Source of the DNA: Octopus vulgaris
Lineage: Eukaryota
Direction: 5' to 3'
DNA length: 64,000 bases
Assembly (NCBI GenBank): GCA_951406725.2
Contig: OX597831.1
Location: 47,120,001-47,184,000 of the forward strand
The first letter of the stretch is position 1, and each line of letters opens with the position of its first letter. The position numbers were made by a program, and so were the translations under genes. Below, in pieces: positions 53,583-64,000 of this stretch. A model generated the notes under the pieces. The model had not been told where the DNA came from. It saw only the letters and a program-made list of their open reading frames with translations, and searched no databases.

Positions 53583-56500
53583 TATTGGAAGTCACTGGTT
53601 AATTGTTTAAGTGGCTGCCGACCAGTGAAGCTTCAAGTCCCACTTCCATTATAATTTTTATATATATTTTTGGGATTTAAGAAGGGCAGCACCCATGACA
53701 CTTTTTAGGAGTTATGAATTCAATAAATAACATTGGAAAACTTCTAAAGGATGGTTTCTACATTAAAAAAATAAAACAAAACAAAAAAATTGTAGTTATG
53801 TGTTAATAACTAATTAAAATTAATCCCATTGTGTGAAGAATATTGATCAAATTAGCTTAGCATTACAAAGTTCACTCCCCTTGCCTCCTTGCCAAAAATT
53901 GTCATTAACACTAATAACTTTTATCCTCATTATGTATGTAATGGTAATTGGTTGAAAATATTTTCTGCTTACTACACTAATTATGTTAGTCTGCACTTAA
54001 TTGCACTATTTCTATTGTTTATCTAACTACACATCTGAACTTAATGTATTTTTTGTGTACTTATTTGTATTTATCTTTCCATGCTAGTATGGGCAGACAA
54101 AATGTAACTTTATCATACTGTTGTAGCAATATTTTGTGTTTAAATTCCTCCTGATAGCACTTGAGGAATGTCTATGTAATTGCTTGGCCTGCTAGAAATA
54201 GTAGCCAAATCTCTCTCAAATAACTCTCTTCATTAAAAAAAACAAAAAAAAAAAACAGATGTGGTAGATAATTTATTTCTTGATAGCCTTAAAATAAACA
54301 AGACGGTAAAGGCTGGAATATCATTCATTTTAAGTTCTTTAGCTTATTATGATAAACACAGTAAAGGCCATGCTAGAGCACCACCTTCAGTTCTGCTCAG
54401 AGTTGGCCTGGAGATAAACTGTACTAACAAGAATAGCAATAAGCCTGAGTCAATGAAACAGCCCCTCTATGGTTGCTCAACCGGCTAGAAATAACTACCT
54501 TCTTAAAAATGTGGAAGGGCATATTAGATTATATAGTCCTATATGAGCGTGTGGTTAAGAAGTTTGCTTCGCAACCACGTGGTTTTAGGTTCAGTCCCAC
54601 TGTATAACACCTTGAGCAAATGTCTTCTATAATAGCCTCAGTCCAACCTTGTGAGTAGATTTGGTAGATAGAAACTGAAAGTAGCTTCTCATGTATGTAT
54701 ACATGCATGTTTGTCTCCTTGTCTTGATATCATGAAACAGTTATTAGCGGAGTCCTTCATTTTTATGGCGAAAACATGTCATCATGTAAGTGGTTTCTGA
54801 TTTCTATACTTCTGTAAAAGTTTGTCCAGACAAGGGGAAATATTACCTTGCTAAGGAAGAGGTGAATGTTGGCAGTAGTTAGGGCATCTGACCTTAGAAA
54901 ATCTGCTGCAACAAATTCTATCTGAACCATACAAACACGAAAACGTATGCATTGAAGCTCATGATGATGATAATGATGGTACTCCTAAAAAAAAGGCCTA
55001 ATATTCTTTGATCATAAGACTGACCTTGAGCCTAAACAACAACTGATATGAAGCAGGAGTAATATCTGTTTGTTATCTAGGTAGCCAGATGTCTAACTCA
55101 GTGGTTGTTGGGTGGTTTGAACTGCTGACTGTATATATGGTCTGTATACTAGTTCCTGAACACCCCAACACTTTGTTATTGTGTTTACATGTTTTTATTT
55201 CTATTGATTGCAGAAGGATGAAAATCTAATATTAAAAATCACAATCTCAATTTTACAGTTCTCACATTCCATCAACATAATTCTGAACAAGTGTTATTTA
55301 TTTTTAGAATAGAGTATTTTGTTAATATCACTCCGGTGTTATCTCCCACAAGAATGTTGTTTGACTTCCTCTTCAAAAATACCCATTCATTTGTGATTAG
55401 GACTCTGAATAGAAAAAAAAATCTGTAAGGGAAAATGCACTGAAGATGCATCCTGTTTCCTTTTCCTTCTCATCAGTAAAGGATTTGAACAGAATTCTGT
55501 AAGCTTGTAAAACATCAGTTTTAGGCTGCCTGGTTTTGCTGTAATACCTAGATCTACTTTGAGCATACGTATGATTTAACAATTTCTAGTCATGAGCTTC
55601 CCATACTTTTAAGGTTATCTGATAATGTCCTGTCCTTTTCTAAGATAGTGTGATTTGAGGGAGATTTGATTGCTATTTCTAACAAGTTGACTGACCACTT
55701 AGAGGCTTCTTTGTTGGCTTATAGGTTACCTAGTTATTGCTTAAAGTCTAAAGACTAATGTTGCAAAGCCCAAAGTATTGGTAACAAAGAGCACAACATT
55801 CCAGTGGCACCTAAGAAATAGCTTTACTTATACTGAACACTGAATGCATGCAAAATTTGCATTGGGCTATCTGGTAGAATATCAGAGAACTAAGGCGTTA
55901 AATATTCTTTTCTACTCTAGACACAAGGCCAAAAGATTTTGGGGAGAAGGCCACTTGATTAGATCGACCTCAGTACGCAACTGGTACTTAATTTATCAAC
56001 CCCAAAAGGATGAAAAGCAAAGTCAACCCCAGCAGAATTTGAACTCAGAATGTAAAAACATACGAAATACTGCTAAGCATTTCACCTGACATTCTAATGT
56101 TTCTGCCAGCTCGCCGCCTTCCCAAGGCATTAAATATAATATAATGAAAGTGGTAGTTAGTGATCAGAATATATATGAAACAAGGCCCATGTTTTGCTCA
56201 GGTACCTCACTAGACGTATTTGATTGTTTCTGTTTTATAGGTGATCTAAATAATGCTGGGGCAAACTATTAACAAATCTGACAGGTAGAATAATGAGCAG
56301 GTGGTAGAGGTTTGGGTAGCTGTAGCTTGTTGGCAACAAAGGGTTCTTCTCATTAAGTGAAAGGTAAACAGGATGAATTGTGTAGAAGGAGTATGATGCT
56401 ACACAGTAGTGAGGTATGAACATTGAATGTAGAAAGAACTGTGGACTTAGAGAAACATAAGGGGTCAGGGAGTAAGGCCCATTGGATGTTTAACCTTTTA

Positions 56501-56648
56501 GCAGTCACATTATTTTGTTAAGAGTAATGCTTTTTTCATTCACAATGTTTTGAATTAATGATGGATTATCTTGTAGCTATGAGACTTCACTGTGGTTGGT
56601 AAGCAAGCTACTTACCACACAGCCACTCCTACGCCTGTAGTGTGTGAT

Positions 56649-56762
56649 ACTTACAGCACCTATGTTTCTCAAGCGGTCACCCATCTAAGTACTAACTAGG
56701 CTCGATGTTGCTTAACTTCGGTGATTGGACAAGAACCAGTGCTTTCAATGTGATATGGCCGT
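56649..56762 (-). pseudogene. 5S rRNA pseudogene
   Basis: Minus strand ACGGCCATATCACATTGAAAGCACTGGTTCTTGTCCAATCACCGAAGTTAAGCAACATCGAGCCTAGTTAGTACTTAGATGGGTGACCGCTTGAGAAACATAGGTGCTGTAAGT aligns to the metazoan 5S sequence. It shows CpG-type decay, lacks the first bases and has no oligo-T terminator. Confidence 0.9.
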
Positions 56763-57157
56763 GTTTTCAACGTGATATGGTAATGAAAATCTGTTTTTGT
56801 TTGAAATTATTGAAAAAAACTACTCAATAAAACACATTAACTATTCAACTTCTGTAATAAGCAATATGTTCCATAGAAATGAGAAGAGAAAAATCAAATA
56901 AAGTTCTATTGAAATTATTGAACATTGAAACTAGAATATCAGAAATACTTAATATCTTAAAATTTTGGTCTTTCTTCCCCCCCCTCCTCCCTCCTTTGAA
57001 TATGCTAATTGAAGCTACTGATCTGATCCATTGAAGATCTAAATGTTAGAGAATTCTGAATTATTATCTGAAATTATTAATATTTTGCAAATATTTGGTA
57101 TATATATCTTCTTGTTATACATACATAAGTACACCCCCTATCACACACATGTAATTT

Positions 57158-57197
<40 letters not shown>

Positions 57198-58313
57198 ATA
57201 CATTATAATGCACGCACACACACACACACACAAAATACTATCATCATTTTGCATATGTTTTCCATGCATGGGTAGGATGGTTTAGTGGGATTCAGTGAGG
57301 CAGAGAACTATATCTTTGCTCAAATAACTCTTTTTTGGCATGGTTCCTATGACTTGATGCCCTTCCTAACTCCCGGCTGTAGAAACCATACCCAAACTGT
57401 GACCTTGGTGCAAAGAGGATGGTCCTCCAACTCACTATACATAATATATATATATACACACACTCACACACACATATATACACTTATGTATCACCATCAT
57501 CATCATTTAGTGTCCCCTTTTCCATACTGGTGTATGTTGGACCGTTTGACAAGAACAGACAAGCCAGAGAGCTGCACCAGGTTCTGTGTCTGCTTTGGCA
57601 TGATTTCTACGGCTGGATGCCCTTCCTAACACCAACCACTTCACAAAGTGTAATGGATGCTTATTACATGCCACTAATACCATTGAGGTTACCAAGTACC
57701 TATAAGGCAAAACAGAAGTGGGGGTATACAATGGAGGAATAAGAAACTAGGATAGAAGGTCAGGAGTAGGTATCTTGCTGAAGAGGTGAATGTATAGCTT
57801 GCCCACCTGGAATGAGAGGAAGCGAAAGAAATCAAAGTACAAGGTGAATATGAGAGACAGATATATATACATTCACATATTTTGTCTGCTACTAGTACTT
57901 ATGTTAAAAAGCACAGAAGTATCAATAACAGATGAAAAGTCTCCAGCACTGGTGATGGAATTGCTAAATCACATGATCTCTGCTTATTTGAGTATCCACT
58001 ATCAACTGCATGCTTAGACAAATTTCTCCTCTGCTTGATACATTAAAAAAAAACAGTGGTTAATCAGTCACCAGTGTTGCAAATAGCTGGTGTGTTGGGT
58101 AAAAATTCATTAATGGAAGCTGTATAAATATCATATATATACATATTTATATGCATGTATCTATCTGTCTATATGGATATCTATGTATATATGCAGGTAG
58201 ATTTAGATATATATATATTTATAGGGAAAGTTTACGAAAAAAAAAAAAGACGAAGACAGGTGGTGTACAAAACAAACAGATGTATTAGTATAGCACTCAG
58301 GAATAGAAAAAGT

Positions 58314-58349
58314 CTTTTACGTTTCGAGCCTACGCTCTTCTACAGAAAG
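58314..58349 (-). ncRNA. Minimal type I hammerhead-like motif (variant core)
   Basis: CUUU-CUGUAGAA-GAGC GUAG GCUC-GAA-ACGU-A-AAAG: stem I, core, stem II, palindromic stem III and a GUA site. Core position A6 is U. Confidence 0.4.
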
Positions 58350-58903
58350 GTACACAGAAAAAACAAGGAGAGAAACATGAGAGAGAGAGAGAGGATGGGG
58401 GATAGAAATATGGATATATATATATATATATATATGTGTATATGTGTGTGTGTGTGTGTGTGAAGGTATGTGTCCTAGTAGATAGGGTTTGTACTGAGAA
58501 TCGCAAGATAGAGGCTTCAATTTCCAGACTGGTGGTGCATTGTGTTCTTGAGCAAAACAATTCATTTCACATTGCTCCTGTCCCTGCAATGGTCTGGCGT
58601 TCCATTCAATGGGAGTGTTAGTCATGCCACCTAACCATTGAGGTAGCATCATTAGAAAGCTGCAATTCAGAGAAGTGCATTGTGATCAGCAGTTTTTAAC
58701 TATATCTGATGGTCTGGTTGATATATATACACACACACGCACAATATATTGGAATAAGGATTTCAAAATCAGGGCAAACACTTTATAAGCACTATGTCAA
58801 TTAGTCAATTTGAAGTTTGCTTTGAAGAATTTCACATAAAATTACAGAGTATATTAAAAAGTCATAAAGAAGAATGAATAATTACACATCTTTAATTGAT
58901 AGT

Positions 58904-59222
58904 TTACAACATATAAAATGCCAACACGTTTCTGTTACACAAGCATTTTAGAATCCTTAGATGTAATGGTTTTGCACACATCAATTCACATTAAAGTGAT
59001 TATAGTACCATATAGCTCCAAAGCTGTACACCAGCATAACTTTTGCAAGGTACTCCCACTTAAGGGAAATTGCAGAGCACCTTGTAAAAATTATGCTGGC
59101 AAACACCTTTGGATCTGTACATTTGGTTTAATATGAATCAATTAGTGTGCAGAACCATCACATCTAAGGATCCTAAAATACTTGCATAACATAAACAAGA
59201 ATTGGTATTTTATATTTTGTAA
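58904..59222. repeat. ~320-bp imperfect fold-back inverted repeat
   Basis: Arms 58904-59055 and 59075-59222 are reverse-complementary along their length, around a 19-nt loop. Confidence 0.9.
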
Positions 59223-59250
59223 GCCATTCTTTTTGTCCCTTATATATATA

Positions 59251-59602
59251 TGAGCAAAACACACCCCTGTCCAATGGACGGTGCTGAGTTGTTAAACATT
59301 TAAACCAAATTTTCTCAAAACAACTTGTCCAACCGTCCCATAGGCCTCTTCTTTGAGAAACACTGATTTAACCTAAATTTGAGACACCAGCAAAAGACGG
59401 ATTTCGACTGATGTACTTGCACGTTCCCATGGCTTTATCGATTACATTTTCACCTGGAATCAATTTTTGTAAATTTTACAAGACTTATACATGCCCTGAT
59501 ACCGTTGGTATCTACATATCATATTTGAGCGCAATCGGATGGAGGATGCCCGAGATCCTAGAAGACAGACACAGACAGATAGAATGGATTTTATATAATA
59601 GA
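59251..59602 (-). mobile_element. Short non-autonomous Helitron
   Basis: Minus 5' end A|TCTATTATATAAAATCCATTCTATCTGTCTGTGTCTGTC. 3' hairpin CCGTCCATTGGACAGG followed by a degenerate CTCA|T terminus. Confidence 0.6.
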
Positions 59603-60587
59603 TGTGTGTGTGTGTGTAATATGGATATCATGGGTAGATTATCCACCAACAGAGGATAAATTATTTAGTTATTTGAAATGTATACTTCAACACTTTTCAG
59701 AATTTGATTACATAGAGGAATTTCAGCATTTGCTGGAGTTTTGAGATGTTGCAATTGATCTAGTTGAAAGTGTTTTGATGGTACATTCTCTGTATTGATA
59801 TTGTGTTGTGACAATGGCTATTAAATGCATGTGTCATGCTTGTAGCCTTAACTGTAAATTGTGTATCAAGGAGGAAGTTTAGTTTTTTGTAAGCAATAGA
59901 AGCATTGCAGAATTGTTGTTTTCATAGTTTATAGGATTGGGCTCAAATCCTTTTATCAATTTGGTGAAGATAATAGTAACAGACTTTAATGATACCACTT
60001 GGTCTAATAGGCCACATAACTGACATTTAACTTGATTTTTTTTTGTAGTTTGTTTTTAGTTGTTTTCTAGTTTAATATTTTATTACTAGGAAATGAATTA
60101 GCATATTTTCTGATCATGTCATCTTTTTTATTATTTAGCTCTAGCCCTATCAAATATGATCAAGCAGATCTTTTGACAAAAGGTATACCAACTATAGCCT
60201 TCTCGTTAATTTTTTCCAATTCGTTATGTCTGGGATTACATTATCCTTTGCTTGACCTTTGGCTGCAGTCCAAAGACTAAAACAAGTAAAAGAATGAAAG
60301 AATCAGCTAACTTTATTAATCACCATTTCTGGATATTGAGAAAGAAATACAGTGTTAGAGGTATATCTGTCTGGATTCAGAGTTCAATTTATAACCACTA
60401 GATTTTGGGTTCTATTCTAGTGCATGGTACCTCAGGCAAGTGTCTTCTACTATATCTTTGGGCCAGCTTATGCTTTTGGGGTGAGATTGTCAAGAGGAAA
60501 CTGTATGGAAGCCATTGTGTGTGTACATGTACATATACAGCCACATTATGTATCTGTCTGTTTGTCCATCCATTCATCCACACCCAC

Positions 60588-60629
<42 letters not shown>

Positions 60630-60659
60630 TGCTAGTGAATGTAAATTCTTCCCCTGGTG

Positions 60660-61355
60660 AAGAAGTACAAACATAGGTTGCTGGTTAGTGACTTCAGACT
60701 TAGATCTAGAAGGATCCAGACATGTAAGTCAACGAAAGCTTAAAGATACAACAAACAGTCAAAAATTTAGGTATGTCTTAGTTGAAACATTTGATAAAAA
60801 GGAGGAGATAGATGTATTGCATAGAGGATAACTCGGTTTTCCTACAGGACAATCTACCCCCGAGGGTATAGACCAAATCTGTGGCTGGTGCAAATTACTG
60901 ACCAGGCCAAGGGTGATGTGATGGAATTGAGATTGACAGAGCTATAAACGTGAACCAAAGTCTAGAACATTGAACACAGCAAAGAATTATATAAGGTAGC
61001 TGGGAGAGAAATTAGAGACTAGGCTGACATAGCAAAAGGAGAAATAGAAAGCAAGAGGTTTGTCAATGTTCTACTTGAAGATAAAAAATGGTTCTCGTTC
61101 AAGATTGCAAGACAGTGTATCAGAAAGAATTGAGGTGAGATATATGTGTGGATGAATAATGGTACACTAGGACTTAGTGATTCTGAAAAGAAAAAGGCAT
61201 AGAAGTGCTGCTATGAAAGTTTATTAAATGCAGAGAATGCATAGGAGAAAGAGCGTCTTCTGAATGTGGATCTGACAAATGGTTCAGCCATCCTATTTGA
61301 CAACAGTGTGATAGATAAAGCAATTTAGAATATGAAGGCTGATAAAGTCCTTGCT
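60660..61355 (+). mobile_element. Heavily decayed RTE LINE fragment (endonuclease-RT linker)
   Basis: Residual peptides DQICGWCK..RPRV..WN, YESLLNAEN and NMKADK, with stops and frameshifts. Confidence 0.6.
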
Positions 61356-61392
61356 AAGTGGCGATGATGATATATACATGTGTATACATTTC

Positions 61393-61500
<108 letters not shown>

Positions 61501-61530
61501 AACATACATACATATATAAACATAGCTATA

Positions 61531-61561
<31 letters not shown>

Positions 61562-61903
61562 TCCCTGGTGAAGGCCAGTTTATGGGGTTACCCTAGGTTT
61601 CCTGTCCATAAAGGGTTTAACTTTATGGTGTATTGTCAGACCCCAAAACCTATTGGCCTATGACCTCTTTAAAATATGGAGGGGAAAAGTCTGGATTATC
61701 TTCCTTTGCCAATGGCTATCGACTTCCAACCCTACTGCCACCATTCAGCTGTGAGGGTAAACAATAGGGGATTATCTCCCTCTCCTATTAGCTATTAACT
61801 TCCGGCGGTTCCCAAAAGGCCAGCAGAAATCTCCTAAAATACAAACATGGCCTGAAAATCTCCGTTCTAGAGTTAAGTTTAGCCCCTGGTTTGAGTGAGT
61901 CCC

Positions 61904-62164
61904 TTAGGATTCTATGTCTGTTTGGCTATTCATAGCTTTCAGTGTTTCGTCCTGTTGATGGAGGGGTCTGGGTTTTTCAAAGATTTTCCACGAGAAAGAG
62001 TGTGGAACTCCTTCGTCTTTTAGTTGCCAAATGTGGCTGGTCAACGTTGTTACATATTGCCTTTCTGGGACTCTGAAGGAGGATCGATGGCTGGAAAAAC
62101 ATTTCTTGAATGAATTTCTGGTACAACCAATATATTTCCGTGGACGTACAATTTCATTGTTTAC
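61904..62164 (-). mobile_element. Penelope-like element GIY-YIG endonuclease C-terminal fragment
   Basis: Open frame with no start codon: RKYIGCTRNSFKKCFSSHRSSFRVPERQYVTTLTSHIWQLKDEGVPHSFSWKIFEK. This matches the PLE pattern YIG.T...FK.R...H..SF......T.LS.HIW.LK......W.I. Confidence 0.85.
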
Positions 62165-62166
62165 CT

Positions 62167-62620
62167 ATTATCGTTGTTGTTGGCACAGTTGCTGCTGCTG
62201 TTGTTGCTGCTGCTGTTGATGTAGTTGTAGCTGTCGATGACATTGCTGCCATTGTCGATGTTGTTGCTGCTGCTGCTGTTGATATCGGTGCCGTTGTTGC
62301 TGTCGATGACGATGTTGCTTTTGATGCTGTTGATGTTGTTGAAGCTGATGATGCTATTGATGATGATGTTGTTGCTGGTGTTGGTGATGGTGCCGGGGTT
62401 ACTGCTGTTGGTGGTGGTGGTGGTGGTGCTGCTGAAAGTGGTGGATGCGTCAGTAATGTTACCACTCCTGTGTGTGTGTTGCTGGTAAAACACCTGCTTA
62501 TGCTGTTACTAATGCTGCCAATATTGTCAATGTTGTTGCGGATGTTGTTATCGTCGATGGTGATGTTGCTGGAGCCGGGGCTCTTGGTGTTGGTGTTGGT
62601 ATTGGTGGTGGGGCATTGGT
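62167..62620. repeat. Degenerate trinucleotide (GTT/GCT/GAT/GGT) tract
   Basis: Period-3 low complexity that yields spurious ORFs on both strands. Confidence 0.75.
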
Positions 62621-62860
62621 AATACTATCGCCGTTGCTTAGATACATATCAATGTATCTATGTATCTGTCTGTCTGCCTATTTTAGACACTCACTGTCAC
62701 TCATGCACATGGTTCTTTGGTAAGAAGTTTACTTCCCAATTTGCTTCTTGGTTTCAGTCCCACTATGTTGCACTTTGGGCAAGTGCTTTTTACTATAACC
62801 TGGGCTGACCAAAGCATTGTGAGTGGCATTAGCTGATGTTAACTGAAAGAAGCCCATTGT

Positions 62861-62896
<36 letters not shown>

Positions 62897-63399
62897 GTCT
62901 TTTTGCCTTGACTTCATGTAATAGTTGTAAATGAATATCACCATCATGTAGTTGGTGTCCTTTGTTCCCAGTCTTCTGTGAAAACATGTCTCCCGTAGGA
63001 ATATGTTACTTGTTAAAAGGTGAGGGTTGGCAACAAGAAGGATGTCAGGCTGTAGAATATTTACCTCAACAAAATCCACCCAATCCATGTAAGCATGGTA
63101 AAATGGATGTTAAACAACAATGTAACTGACTAACCCCATCCCCTAGAATTTCGGGCCTTGTGCATTATCATCATTTAACATCTGCTTTCCATGCTGGCAT
63201 GGGTTGGACGATTTGACTGAGGACTGGTGAGCCAGAGGCTGCACCAGGCTCAATCTGATCTGGCAAAGTTTCTGCCCTTCCTAACACCAACCCCTCTGAG
63301 AGTGTAGTAGGTGCTTCTACGTGCCACTGGCATGAGGACCAGTCAGGCGGTTCTGGCAATGACCATGCTCAAGGAAAAAATTATTTGGTTAGATTCCTA

Positions 63400-63760
63400 C
63401 TTATGAAAAAAAAAAAATGTTGATAAAACTGCAAACCAAGAAACTCTTCTGGCAAGTGTTAAAAAGCTGAAAATGATGTGGCTTGGTCATGTAACTAAAT
63501 ACTGTGACACTGTCTCTAATGAATACCATATTTGCTAGTGTACAGGGCATATACTTGCATAGGACAAAACCACTTCATTTTAGTGGGAAAACAAATTTGA
63601 TGTTTCCTCATGCAGTCATACACAAGGTATCCCATTTCTAATATGTTATCATTAGACACATGACAATTTCTGATACATTTAAGAGTCTAAAAAGTGTAGG
63701 GACAAATTCCTGGCAGAAGATGCGTAGGAAGAATACAAAACAACAAAAAATGGGCCGAGG
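63400..63760 (+). mobile_element. Decayed RTE LINE C-terminal fragment
   Basis: ETLLASVKKLKMMWLGHVTK and later GQIPGRRCVGR resemble RTE ...RKLRWFGHV.R...G..EG.R.RGR. Confidence 0.55.
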
Positions 63761-64000
63761 GAGATGGTAGAAAACACAAGATTAGCTGATAACCAGGAAA
63801 AATAGCTGATAGATGATAGAGATTGTTGTGCTTGCTATATGCTTACAGCTTCCTTTGAATTTTGATGATGGGCTTTCTACTGACAACCATTTCACCTATA
63901 TTGTCTTAAGAGATTGGGGTTTGGAATTCATGGTCCCCAATCACTAACAGTTGTGTTTAAGGGCTGATTTAAACTACTGTATTTTCTAGATTAAGAGGGT

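Noticed and set aside
62110-62622. 170-aa V/A/D-rich ORF and antisense mucin-like T/S/A/P ORF
   Set aside because: A degenerate trinucleotide tract open on both strands, with the register shifting at the (TG)n run and no credible acceptor.

Overview
AT-rich, repeat-saturated animal genomic DNA. The SINE repertoire and dense (TA)n/(CA)n/(AAT)n/(GA)n microsatellites suggest an octopod cephalopod (inference, not verified). No complete host protein-coding gene is visible, and almost all ORFs in the track are microsatellite or SINE artefacts. The window looks like a CpG-retaining promoter-like zone at about 2.6-9.8 kb followed by a long CpG-depleted, intron-like region with only small candidate exons. 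Well-supported elements: two copies of an 8-bp-TSD MITE with GG termini; hAT, piggyBac, Tc1 and mariner MITEs; three non-autonomous Helitrons, one with a Pif1-helicase fragment and nested inside a Helentron-type element; RTE, CR1 and Penelope LINE fragments; a 5S rRNA pseudogene; and dozens of SINEs. I found no convincing novel multi-component system. The best leads are a ~320-bp fold-back hairpin, minimal hammerhead-like motifs, a 5S/SINE-head junction, a tandemly duplicated CRE-bearing promoter block, and splice-site evidence for overlapping transcription on both strands.
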